DNA of 54,684 bases, counting the filler, from Jimgerdemannia flammicorona (taxonomy: Eukaryota): NCBI GenBank assembly GCA_003990765.1. It is 2 parts of 2 records of this genome, joined end to end, with 100 filler letters (N's around TTAATTAATTAA, not from the genome) between each part and the next. Parts side by side here need not be neighbours in the genome. Positions count along the whole stretch, not along the records: positions 27,400 to 54,684 come from RBNJ01000643.1; 1 more part is not named here. One strand, given 5' to 3'. Positions 37,101 to 50,300 of this stretch are shown here, in pieces (within the stretch, counting starts at the first letter, position 1; every line of letters begins with the position of its first letter). The position numbers and the translations under genes were made by a program. The notes beneath the pieces are model-generated. The model was given only the letters and a program-made list of their open reading frames with translations. It had not been told where the DNA came from and searched no databases.

Positions 37101-37849
37101 TGTGAGGCATGCCTTTATTAGAGTTCAACATTAGTGATGGCATCGAATGCCAAAGGGGTCCAGGCCAGGATCTGTGGACTAGTGGTTGGCAAGGAGTTGG
37201 AATTGGTGAGGAGTGGGACTGGCATGGGGTTTGGACCTGGAGTGCTGCAGTGAAAAATTGGATGCCGCCAAAGTACTGGGTAGTCTGGTGGCATGTCCTG
37301 AGGAGGAATGTGATGCTTAACTTCTGCTCAGGACACCTTGTTGTAGGGGGCTGCTTTGACTGCAAGAAGTGCCATAATGTCGGGCAGGAAGGGGGATTTG
37401 TACAGATGCCGGAACATTGGCTAGGGGAGTGTGAGGTGTTGGGAGACTTTTGGCAGGCCGTTGGGAACCGCTTGGGGGTAAGGCGTAGGGGTGATGATGT
37501 ACGGGAGAGGTGGGAGGACCTGAGGGATCGATTGATAGGAGGGGTTGGGGAGGAGTGGATTACTCTAGACTGGGTGTTGGCTATTTGAGTTGGGCTGGCC
37601 AGCCACTGGCTTTTTGTATTTGAGGAGGAGAAGTGGCCGAGCTTGGGGAGCCAGTTAGCAAGGTGGCAGTTCCTTATGGAGGATACATTGACAGGCTGGT
37701 GGCTTGGTTGGGGGCTGCAGGGAGGTCAGAGGCACTACTTGGTGGTGAAAATCTGTGGTCAGAGTGGTGGAAGAGTTGGAGTTATTGGTGAGAGGGTGGT
37801 CTTTATATGTGATGAGGTGGGGTGGGGCCACCCGATGGGGATCGGATAG
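34194..37849 (+). pseudogene. LINE ORF2: apurinic endonuclease - reverse transcriptase - C-terminal zinc finger
   Basis: APE motifs SLNVNG, LLQD, GGDFN, RIDWI and SDH. RT motifs APGEDG, NWRPI, LDQEKAYD, QGDPLSP, FADD and YLG. C-terminal C..C...H...C. One frameshift (~35480) and several point stops. Confidence 0.92.
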
Positions 37850-37950
37850 TGGGTGGTGATATTGTATACTTATTCATAGACTGGCAATAAAGACGGAGTC
37901 CAAGGGACTATAAAAAAAAAAAAAAAAAAAAAAAATAGTAATAAAAGATA

Positions 37951-40330
37951 CTGAATATCTGCTTGAGAGTTCTATTATTATACTCAGTTTGGTCATCTGT
38001 CTATGAGTAATAGACTATTGAGAACTTCAGCTTTATCTCTAGAAAATAAAGAATGCTTTCCAAAGTTACTAACAAATTTGGTATCTTAGTTAGAGATAAT
38101 AGTACTTAGTATACATATATATGTATTATATAGTCTGAATATCTAATTTAGAAATATTTTAGCAATCTTCAGAGCTATTGCAGTAGTCTTGATAGGTACA
38201 AAGTGAGTTTACTTACTAAGATAGTCAATGAATACTATATATTATAACATACTAGCTTAATAAAGACAAATTACAAAATTGGAACTACTATGTAGATTAA
38301 CTTAAGCCTTTAGTTACTTTGTCAAAAAGCAATAAAATATTTAATGATTTCTCTCAAAAATAGTTACAAGTTCTCTATTTTATATAATATAGATAATTTT
38401 TAGTGATTTTTTAATTAGATAGTAATTTTCTAGATAGTGCTAAATTAGTAGACTTCTCAAGTTCTTCAGGTTTAGTCTATTAAGTATACTAAGTATATCA
38501 GATAATTGGTTTTTACTTTTGAACTTTTCAGATAGAGATTTATTCACTTAAATTTCTAGAGTATTTTATATAGCTATCTGATTACTATTTGACTAATTAT
38601 AGAATATATAGTAATGCTATTTTAGGAAGAGAGTATCAGATATATCTGCTGAGTATATGGATACAAGTGTATTCTTAAGATACAGATCAATATATATATC
38701 TGATTTGATATATTTTACTATATTATATATATTATTTACTTATTATAGTATAATAGCATTCTATCCTATCTAGGTTTTGAGTAGCTAGATAATAAAGTCT
38801 ATTGTAATTTAATTATAATTATGGATAGAGATTGATAGAGATTACAGAAGTCTAGCTAATATCTTATTATTACTCTTAAATCTTTAATATACATTATAAA
38901 TATTTTGATATCCTTAATCATTTTTAACTAGTAGAATTCTCTAAAGATAAAATTATAGATTTTCTTAAATCCAAAGTATTCTACTATAAATATATTATAA
39001 AGTTTCTATATGATCTTAAGATAAAGTATATTATCTCTAAATAAATACTATCACTCTTTTATAGTCTTAGTATATGAGTCTATCTTAGTAGATAAATCTC
39101 TTAGTTATTCTTTTCATTAGTTCAGATATCTCAGTTTCTAGTTTCTAGTAGTATTAGAGAAAAACCAGTAGTGGACTATATTACTGATAGCAATTCTTAA
39201 TTAGTTGAGTAAAGTTATCAATTATCTTAACTATGAAGATAATTTCATCTTCTATATATCTTGAGAAATTATTAACCACTTAATTGATTTTATCTAAGAT
39301 ATACTTGATTTCTATATTAAAGAGAATAATGATTTTTATCTATAATACTTATTTATATATTAGCATTGGTTGAGTATAGATATATTTAAGTATATTAATA
39401 TATATAGTCTATAAATAGCTATCTTAGTAGGAAGTAACACTATTTCTAAAGAGTAGTTATTATAGCCAGAAGTTTCTTTTTATAAGTAATATATTGAGTT
39501 TTCACTAGCTTGAGCTTCTGAGATAGATAGATTACTAAGCAGTCTTCTTGACTAAGTATAGTACTAATAGTAATATATAATATATCTGTGGTCGGAATAA
39601 AGACCTAGTGGGGTCTGATGTAATCAGTACTGGAGTCTTAGTAAGTAGTCTTTTGAGGTAATCTCTAGCTTTTATATAAGCAGAGATCTATTCTTTTTTT
39701 TATATCAGAATAATAAGTAAGATAATAATTATAGAGTATCTCATAATCTCTAAGGAGTATTAAAGAAACTTGAGAGTAGTAGAGATAGAAATATCCTGTA
39801 GGGCTAATATCTTCAGAGATCTATATTAATACTATCTGCTGAGATAATATATCTCAGATACTCAATATAGTCTTAATAGAACTTATATTTACTTACCTTA
39901 ATATAGAGCTAATATTCATATGTATAGTAAAATCAGTATACTTTAGAGATAAGTATAATATAGTTCAACTGTCTCACTATAGATCAATATATCATCAATA
40001 TATACTAAGACATATATATTAAGTAGTAGTTTAAAGATATTATTTATGAGATTCTGAAAGATTACTAGTATATTAATCAGATTAAAAGATATAACTCAGA
40101 ACTAATAATATTTAAACTATATCCTAAAGGCTGTCTTTTCTATATTTTATCAATGAGAATCTTATAATATCTATTTTATAGATTCAATAGAGAGTATGCC
40201 TTAGTCTCAAAAATCTGATAAAGTAGCTCATCAATTCTTAGGAGAGTATATTAGTTCTTGATAGTAATCTTATTGAGAGCTCAATAGTTAATATATATTA
40301 TAGTGAGTATCCTTCTTCTTGACAAATAGG
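37951..40330 (-). mobile_element. Highly decayed Ty3/gypsy pol (RT-RNaseH-IN), continuation of 31140-32031
   Basis: Minus strand 'LFVKKKD...ALNKITIKN*YTLLRIDELL...EKTAFR...FQNLINNIF...VLVYIDDILIYS'. Confidence 0.75.
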
Positions 40331-43300
40331 ACAAATATATCAAAGACCCACTATCAGTATGAGGCCATCAAGATCTACACCCCTAAGATCTGATCAATAC
40401 TATCCCAAATATCACCAACTTCTCCCACCAGTCTCCTCCAGACTACCACACTTATAGAGTTCTCTGGTCTTCTTCCCTCAGAGCCCCAATACTCCTCTAA
40501 GCTCTACCAATAATCTTCTACTCTAAGCCAAGATATGCTCTGATGTCTGAACTACCTTTCCATGGAGTTCAGTATACCAATTATAATCCTGATAACTATC
40601 TATCTCTATTCAGTCTATCTGATAGCTCAATATCACATTTCTTCTCAAAAACTGCCACCAAACTACCTAATACCTAGAGGGTACTACCCAATATAAGGCA
40701 GCTACCTAATTCCAGACCTGATCCCACTCCCATATATTATTAATTCCAACTGCTTACCAACCAACTGGCCATCTCTCAAGGGGTCCTGTTCTAGTCTATT
40801 CTATGATCTTAATTAAGTAATATTCTTTTAATATTCTACCACCTACTGAAAGTAACTCCAGCCTCCACCACTGCTACCTGAAGTCTATATCCTCCCCAAT
40901 ATCAGACTCTACCAACTGTCTCAATCTGAAGTAGTCTTCTTATATTCTTCCACTCCTCACTCCTAGAGCAGAACCTAATCTTCTAATTGTCCATTGTTAG
41001 CTTGCCTCAACCTTCTTCTCTCAGCTCTACAAGACAGCACTCCTACCAGCTCTGAAGAGCCCTCAATTACTACTGAAAGTCAACTAACTCCAAGCCCCTA
41101 TGAGTAACCTACAGTACCTATGACTTCCATCCAATCTGTGGCCACCTCTCTCACTAAAGCCATTCTTCAATAGTCTTCTTCAACTGCCACACCACCCACC
41201 CAGGAAAGTCCAAATAATATCTCAAATACCATAACTTTGATAACTAGTATATATTCAAAACCACTACTCTCTCTATTAGAGAGAAGTTATGCTCAGATCA
41301 GTTTATTAATTACCTTCTAATTTCTGTACCATTCCACACCACCACTCTCTTGGCAGAACTGTTTTATATATCAAGAACCAAATACTCAAATATCTGTCAG
41401 TCTCTCTAGTAGGCACAACTTACTCAAACCCACTCTCAGCCCCTAAACCAGCACCAAGCTTCAAAGTCTCACACTTTCTCCAATTCAACTTTGCCCTAGC
41501 CAATCTATCATACTGTCCAATTTCCTCCTATAAAATATCCACATTCTCAACATCTAACTCTACAATTATATTATCTGCAAAAGCCCTGAACTTCTAAACC
41601 ACCTCTCCCATATGCAGTCTAGTCAGTCATCCCTTCAACTTGACCAATATAGGCTCCAAAGAGAGAACATAAAGGAGGGGGGAGAGGGGATCTCCCTGTG
41701 GAACTCCTCTATCCAAAGTGAACTCTAGACCATATCAGCCATTTATTAGAACTATAGCTCTATAGTTATATACTAATCTCATAAGCCTTCCAATCTCTTC
41801 CATATCAAACCCAGCCTTATGCAATATAGCCTTTAGATAACACTATCATACCCTGTCATATGCCTTCTTTTGATCTAAGAAGACTATCTGCCTATCAATC
41901 CAATAACTCCTACAATCCTCTAAGATATTCTGTACTCAAGCAGTACTGTTCTTAATCTGCTGCTCCATTACAAAACCCCTCTGCTCCTCACTCATCAGCC
42001 TGCCAATCCACTGCTACATCCTCTCAGCTAAGACCTTTGAGACCAACTTTCTATCAACATTCAATAGCATAATTGGCCTCTAGTTCTGCCACACCCTCTT
42101 ATCATCTTTCTTCTTATATAATAGAGAAATCAATCCTAAGTCACCATTACCAATCTACTGGCCTCCTCTAATATAAAGTTGATTATTATAACAAGCTAAG
42201 TACTAAACTCAGCCTAGAACTCCTTCCAAAACTCCCAAGATAGCTCATTCTCTCTAGGTGATGAACTACCCAGTATCTCCTGCAAAACCCCTAACACCTC
42301 CTCCAAGGATACTCTGCTCATCACAAAAGCCCCCATCTCTGACAATGCTACTACTAACTAGTTCTGCACCAATGGAGCATTCTCAACATCCAGTATACCA
42401 TCATTCCCACCCTCACCATCATTACTCTAAAAGACCTACTATTGCCCAAAGATCTCCTCAAGCATATCAGCAATATCAGAGACCTTGACATCATCCTCTC
42501 ACAAGACTGAAACCCAGCTATACTATACTCTTCTGGTCTTCAGAACACTCAATAGATACTTGGTTAGCTACTATCTTTCCAGTCACTAGGCTCTCAGATG
42601 TATCAGAAGGCCATCTACTACTCTGTTCTCTACCTCTCTCATATCTAACTATAGATCAACCACCTCCTTAGCTAGCTGATGATATTCTTCCCCTATTAGT
42701 ACCCCTTCTTCTAATAACTACAACTGCCACCTCAGGTCTCTCTCAGTCCTCTTCTCTTTATTCTTTCACTCCTTTCTAGTCATTTTTCCAACATCACACC
42801 AGTAAGCATCTACTAAGTACTTAAATCTGCCCCACTATTTAGCAACTGATAGACCACTATCCACCCACCTTATAACTTCCTGCCTGGCCAAAACTACAAA
42901 TTGTTCTCTCTTCACTAGATATCTGAGCAAGGCCACATTAAGACACCAATGCCCCCCTCCACTACTAACTGTCTGGAACCTTCTATATATCTCTACTCCC
43001 CAATGATCTAATTATAAGCACCACTATACCTCCATAATGTCTAGTATATTACCCCAATATTCTGATACTAGTACTCAATCAATCTTTGTCCTCCAGCCTA
43101 TTACCCACTGGATGCCACCTAGTGAAGGGCCCCGATCTATTCCCAGCTTATAGCTATATATCATCTATCAGTCTCATGCCTTTCTCTACCTGAAACCACT
43201 AGGATAGTCCCTGAGAAACTGCTGCTCCAGCCCCACCATCAGACTGGTCTAGAGCAGATTATACACTATATTAAAATCTCCCTCTAAAATATCCAACCCA

Positions 43301-45195
43301 ATACTCTCAAGCCAACTACTCCTTTATCCATTGTTTTCACTCTCTGCCAACTGCTGGTAAGTACACCAAGCCCACCAAAAGTCTATCTCCAGTCTTTCTC
43401 TTCAATCTTCCCCACACTAGTTAACTACTAAAAGTATCCACATCCATTAGCTCACTCTTACTGACACTAACTAGAATATCAACTTGCTTATTCCAACTGA
43501 TACTACCAATCTATTTCTTACTCTACTTCTTATAGTCCTGCACATTATAGATCTGAACATCCTGAAAAAATACTACATCATACTTCCTGACCTTTAGCTA
43601 CCAGAATAAGTACTGCCACTTGACTCTATTTTATTTACTATTGATATTAATTGATAAAATATATAAACTATTCATTATTAAGAATTGAGAGTTTATAGAT
43701 CAGCTATAACTACCACCATCTTCTCAGCTCTATCATTAATGATATCTCAATACTTCTTACAGACAGTCCTTCAGATACACTCTCTATTAATACTACCACA
43801 GAAGAAGTCCACCCACTTTAATGCTATCTTTCTGATATCCACTATTCTGACTTCATCCAACTCATACCCCTCATTCTCCAAAAGAGCCATCACTATAGCT
43901 ATCACCAACTTTAGCCCCTATATTGCCACATTAAGAAATCTCTCTCACATCTCTAGAGATTTCTGAAATATGTCCACTTCCTTGATGTCTTTCTCCACAA
44001 ACTCCTCAAAGATAGCCTGGAACCAACCATCTGCCATGATCATCAAGGGTTCTGGAGTGGCAGACCTAGGAGTCCTGCTCAACTCCAGAAGTAATTCTCT
44101 ATCTGCAGACACATCAGAGGCAATCTCTACTAAATCCTCCTCCTCAGAGACTTTATCTAGCTATACTACCTCACTAGCCTCAGGGTATTTTCAGTATATA
44201 TTTACAGCTCCAGTCATATTTATATCCTCCATCTGAGTCTCTGAAACCATCTTGATAATCTCCTCAAAATCTTCTCTTCTCACCTCCTTTCTATTAGCCC
44301 ACTTTCCCTTTACTAGTACATGTATAGAGGCTTCTATGCCTTTCAGCTATGAGAAGGATACCTTAGTTGCCTCCACCCCTTCCATCTAATTCCTATCAAT
44401 TGCAACTCTTGCAGCCTCCTCCTCTGTAGACTCTTGCAATATAGCCTTAAAATGCTCCCAATTCTCCTTATACTATCATCTCTTCTTTCTATTAACCTGA
44501 ATTCAGATCTAATTCTTAGTGAACTCCTCTCACTTTCTCTTCCACAAGACCTTTACTACTTCATACTCCTCTAGAGCAATCATCAACTTCTCCTCTTCCT
44601 GTTCAGAACCTTTTTTTCTCTAAATCTGATATTCCTACCATTTAATATAAATAACCTCAGGCCAGTCTTGCCCCAACTCTATCACTTTCTTTTTCTCCAA
44701 CTGCACCATTGCCTCATAGTTACCATTTCTCAACTTTATACTCTCTCAAAATATGAAGCTGAAATCTACCATCTCATCAAAACTCTCCAGAGCTTTGGCC
44801 ACTACTACCTTCATCTCCTGTCTACTCAGTATCAGCAATTCTTTAACTACCAGATACACTATACATGGGTCCCACTGCAGATATCTCACTATCCCAATCT
44901 TAATATTCTTGACCATCAGTCCTTTCTTCAGAGTCTTCACTATCATCTCCTCCTCAACAAAGTCAATCTCAACAGCCTCTACTGATAGAATAAATCTCAA
45001 TAACTCTGCCCTCACAATCTCCTCACCCACCAGTCACAAAACTTTCCTGACTGATTGCTCTAGCTTCAAGAAGTTGGCAGAGATAGCCCACATTGATACT
45101 GACTTGTGAAAGAAAGGATGCACTACTATTTCATTAGTTCTAGTAGTCAAAGTCATCCTATTCTTGCTCCCAGAAACCCCAGCCAATATCTTGCC
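40331..45195 (-). mobile_element. Second L1/Tx1-like LINE, diverged relative of 32049-37935; decayed, poly(A) end missing
   Basis: ORF2 start at ~43675. Minus-strand QGDPLSP (~41690), AFADN (~41575), LDQKKAYD and NW/*RPI. ORF1 remnant 44746-45030. Confidence 0.85.
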
Positions 45196-45199
45196 AGTA

Positions 45200-45407
45200 G
45201 TTTATTATTATCTATCTATCTTTATTGTCTATCTATCTTTATCATCTGATCTCTATTATCTGTCTACTATTTATTCTCCATTATCTATCTATCTTTATTA
45301 TCTATTTATCTCTATCATCTGTCTACTATCTATCCTCTATCATTCATCCACCTCTATCTATCTATATTATCTATCTATCTCTATTATCTATCTACTTTTA
45401 TTATTTG

Positions 45408-45473
<66 letters not shown>

Positions 45474-45594
45474 CTATTTTATAGGCTTGAGATCTCTTTA
45501 TTAACTAATCTATAATAAATATATAGTTCTTATACTATACCAGTAGCCCCACTTCAATCTATTTATTATCTGTCTATCTTTTTTTTCTTTCTAT
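45200..45594 (-). repeat. Degenerate (CTAT/ATAG)n tract, long poly(T), and a short minus-strand LINE 3' tail (~45408-45555)
   Basis: Minus strand reads ...tatttattatagattagttAATAAAgagatctcaagcctataaaatag(A)n, resembling the 3' end of the 32049 LINE (attcatagactggcAATAAAgacggagtccaagggactata(A)n). Confidence 0.65.
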
Positions 45595-47214
45595 TGTAAT
45601 AGTGATCTCAGAATGATGACATCAGCATAAGAGATAGTCTTTCCTTATAAGCTACCAGACTGAAGTACAAAAAGATCATATGGTATGACTCACCTAGGCT
45701 ACAAGATGAGCAAGGATGACTAACTGTAAGTTATTATGACCACAAGATAGATATCTCAAGAAATATAAAAGAAGGATCAAGAAATCACAGTAGCAGCAAT
45801 CCAAACAAAGCTTACAGAAATAGTTCTAAAGACTTATCACAAACAAATGCCTACTACTCACCAAACCTCAAGATTCAGGAACCACCAAGGCCCCTCAGTT
45901 CAGAAAAGGATGTTTCAAGACATCAGAATAGCCATGAGAACCTATACAAGAAGAACTCCTAGGTACCAGTGACCCTTATCATTATATCCTCTACTACCAT
46001 AAAATGGAAACAAGGATCACTATTGCTACTGAATATCTCTGGATATAGCAGGAGTATAAAATAGGAAACCTTCTCTGCTGGAAATTCCCTCAGACCAGTC
46101 ACTAAGAAATACAAGATGTTACTCCCATGAATGTATATAAAATAAGAATAGCCAAGAAGATTTATCAGGTCTTCAGGCATATACTATAGTCAATCTCCAA
46201 CTTAGAGTATACTAGGATCTCAGACTTCAAGGAACTGTCAGCCTATCTTACCAATGTACTGGAGGCCATAGTGGTTACAGAAGCCCAGTCTACTATTACT
46301 CTCAACAGTGATGAGATAGGAGAGTTCTGAAACTCTATTCTCAAGAACAATTCTGATCAATTTCTTCAAGAATTGATCTCAGCATTCCAAGGCCCCAGCA
46401 TCTGGGTTAGACCTCCCCAAGACCCCATATTTGTACTTTATTTTGTAGAAGAGAATGTTATATATTAGAGAGCCCCAGATCTCCTTGCTTTCCCTACTGC
46501 TGAATAAGATAATATCATCTACAATTATGTTATTGATGATGATATCATCTTACATAATATACACAAAGCACATGAAATATGCAACATATACAAAATAGAT
46601 AAAATGTTCACAGACCTCATCTCCTTCAAAGACATCCTATCTCTAACCTCTGGTCTTGATAATAGTGACAAAGATGAAGCCCCTATGGTCCTGAAATTTC
46701 TGCTCTAAGTTCTTAATAACACTGAATTCTATCAGTATTCTTTTTCTGTATAACTGTTATTCTTCTGACATTCTGATCTTGCATAACTCAGAAATTCTTC
46801 TGGTATCCTTTTCCTATACCACTAAAATTCTACTGATATCCTAAACTTATGTAACTATTTATACAGATACTTGAACTTATACTTACAACTATAGTTTTCT
46901 GTATCTCAGTATTTTATTTAGTTATTGGAATTTATATTTAGCTTTATAACTTAGCAACCATTGAATTATATTTTGTATAAATATCCCTCTTATTTCCTTT
47001 AAAATAAAGTTAGTTCTAGTTCACTTACTCGCAATTCCATGCAAGCAATCTAAGAGATAACAAGACAGTTTAAAGATAAGAAGTTTGAGGACTATAAGAT
47101 CTTGAGAAGGCACTCCAATAAGATCTTGCTTATAACAAACTTGAGGTTAGTCTAAGAGATACACCTTGGAGAGAATCTGATATATTTAAAGAACTCAGTA
47201 ACTACTATGTGACA
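45595..47214 (+). repeat. 5' LTR (1620 bp; TG...CA) with U3 ORF remnant 45847-46708, TATAAATA 46976-46983 and AATAAA 47003-47008
   Basis: Matches 53022-54638 and the reverse complement of 29280-30852. TATA and poly(A) signals are conserved in all three LTRs. Confidence 0.9.
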
Positions 47215-47217
47215 ACT

Positions 47218-47235
47218 TGGTATCCATTGGCTGGT
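47218..47235 (+). promoter_or_regulatory. Primer binding site (TGGTRYCCATTGGCTGG), 3 nt after the LTR; cognate tRNA not determined
   Basis: TGG start immediately downstream of LTR-terminal CA. Conserved in the minus copy. Confidence 0.7.
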
Positions 47236-47339
47236 GATTCAAGATGAATTCCTCACTTTCAAGCTAAAAAATGAACAACTATCATAATAACTACCCTAAC
47301 TACAAGAGTCACCCCTGCAAGAATTTAAGATAAGATAGA

Positions 47340-50300
47340 AATATATCTCCTCACATTCTATGGATATACTTCCAAAAAGTCAATCCTGATCTTCATTGAA
47401 GACTTTGAATAATTTACTACTATACAAGCCCTTGTCATAGATACACAATTGGCTCTTCTATCAGATAGCCTCAGAGGACCTACCAGAGATAAGTTCAATG
47501 TAGCCACCATTGCTAATACTGGTACAGCCAAACTTTCCAACATAAAGACCTTCCTCAGAACTATATACTATACTGAAGAGATTAAGCAAACTCTCAAGGA
47601 TCAACTCAACACTATCTGCCAGAGACTTAGTGAAGATCCCAACTCATTCTACACCCAAATCCTACCAGATTGTCTTGGCTGGCTATGATGATGCCCTTGA
47701 GGAATAAATAGCTGATTCAACTTTTCTAAAAGAAGTTCACTCTGAAATTGCTCTAGCAATCTGGTCTACCCCAGCTGCTCTGACCCTTGATCAGAAAGTG
47801 GTCTTTGTATAGAGATATTGGACTGCCAGACACCTCACTGAATACTTAATGGAGAAAATAACTAGTATTAAGATAGAGTCATCAAAGCCAACCAGTATCA
47901 TACCCACTATAGTTGTAAACAGACAACCATCCCCACCTACCCCCAAGGCAGCCAAAGCTAATCCAGTGGAGGAACTCACCAAGTAGTTTGCCAAGATGAC
48001 TGCACATCTTAGTGATATTGTTAGAGAAGTCTGAAGCACCAACAGAAGATCAGTATAGAGATTTGTAGCTGCTACAGAAGAATGCAATATCACATACTTC
48101 AGATATGGAGAAGAAGGCCACTATGCAAAGAGTTGCATGACCAAAACAAGATACAAAGCCCAATCAAGCAATACTACCAAAACTAGAGACAAACTAATAT
48201 AGTAGTCATCAAGGAGATTGATGATACTGATGATGAAAAATACTATGAAAAGTCTAAATTCTACTCTGTTACTGAAGGTACAAGAACTCAGTCCAAGCCC
48301 TATGACAAGAAGAGCAACAGCAAGCCAGTTGGAAGACCAAAAAAGACTCCAGCTATCATTATTCAAAGCAAGACCCAATCTGAGGAGATTGATCAAGACA
48401 TAGAGTTAGATGAAGCTGCTCACCAAATTATTGAAGACAATACTTCAGTCTCAGGAGAAAGTGAAAGTAAGAAAGAATAGAAGCTACACAAGATCAAGAT
48501 CCATTAGTATGATATCTACAAAGATCTCAAGGAATAGAAGGTCAATACTACTTTTGGACAACTAGTTAAAGTCCCTGCCTTCAGACAGTAGTTGAGAGTA
48601 GAACTTGCAATTACTATCAAAAATCAAGAGTATAAGATTGTAGAAGCTCACAATGTATAAGAAGAATTCAAAGACTCAGGTAAAGAATCTGAAGACTAGT
48701 ATAAGATATCAGCCTATACTCCATATTAGATTGAAGATTATATTGTTGATACCATTATTGATACTAGTGCTGAAAGATATCTCATAAGCAAGAAGACAAT
48801 TGACTGCCTAGACTGGGACATTGAAGAGTCTACCAAGATGATCTATATTACAGTAGATAGTATATAAGCTACCCCCCTAGGCAAGATCTGAGAAGTACCC
48901 ATTAAGATAGGAGAAACTACTATCACAGTAGATATGATTGTTACAAGCACCACCAACTATAACATCCTCATTAGCAACCAATGGCTTTATAAGGCCAAGG
49001 CTATTATTGACCTCAATGCTCAGAAGATGTAGATCAACTATAGAGGAAGAAAGGTATGAGTCTCTATCAATGTCCATAAAGGAGTACTACTAGAGTCAAG
49101 TCCTTCAGGACTACTGATACTTGAAAAAATTGGAATGATACAGAGAAGATTAGCATGGCCCCTGCACAAGAATGATACTATCTTCCTGAGTGGATAGCCC
49201 TATATGGGCAAGGAGTACTACTAGATATGGAGGAAGGAGATGAAGAAGACACAGAAGTCTTTATATACTTGGTATATAAGAATAAGAGCAAGATACCTAA
49301 GCTTACAGATGAGCAGTGGTATAATAAGATTATTGATGACTATGCCCCTCAAGGAAGATACCTCCATGGTATCAGGATGTACTACTCCAAACACCTAAAT
49401 AACTGCTGGTTCTGTATCAGTGAAGTCAGGAAAATCTGCCAACAAAAGTATGAGCAAGAAGCTGCTGAAGCAAAAAGAGAAGCTGAAGAAGATAACCAGC
49501 CCTCAGAGCTTCAAGCTAATAGTGAAGATGAGGAGGAACAAGAACCAGACATCATTCTCAAGGTTAAGAAGTTCCACCCTGAAGCCAAATCCCAGAATAT
49601 AAGACTGAAGGAGCTATAGGAATAGATCTTGCTAGCATTCAAAATGCTATCCTTGAACCACAGACCACCACTCTACTTGGTACTAGAATTGGAGTCAAGT
49701 TGCCAGAGAACTATGCTAGAATCATCAAGACCAGGAGCAGTCTGACCAAAAAAGAAATCTCAGTTAAAGGAGGAGTAATTGACCCTGATTATACTGATAA
49801 GATCTTTCTCATAGTCAGAAATCACAACCCTACCACCCCATTCAAAGTCAAGAAGTATGACATGCTGATCCATAAAGTCAAGAAGCCCAAGATCACTGAA
49901 GTCATTGAACTTATCAAGACCAAGAGAGGAGAACAAGGCTTTGAATCTACTGAAAAAGGAGCCTATGCTGCCACTAAGATTACTGAACTTGAGCACAAGA
50001 AAGATAAGGACCAGAACAAGCACACATATACCATTAGAGAAAACTTTCCTCTAGAAGAACAACTTCTCAAGATCCTATACTAGAATAAAGGAGTACTTGT
50101 TATAGACTTCAGAGATATCTATAATTAAGAACCCAAGTACTACCATGAAGTTGACACTAGTGATATCAAGCCTATCTACAAGAAAGTCAGACCTATACCA
50201 CCTGCCTACAGAGAATAGCTGCAAGCAGAACTTAAGAAAATAGAAGAAGCTGGAATCATCAAGCAAGCTATTAGTCCCTGGGCTTCACCCATTGGCCTTA

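Larger units (their letters stand above)
32049..37935 (+). mobile_element. Near full-length L1/Tx1-like LINE with poly(A) tail and ~15-17 bp TSD (aatagtaataaaagaYa at 32032-32048 and 37934-37950)
   Basis: ORF1 + ORF2 (APE-RT-CCHC), AATAAA, poly(A) and matching flanks. Inserted into the decayed chromovirus. Confidence 0.92.
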
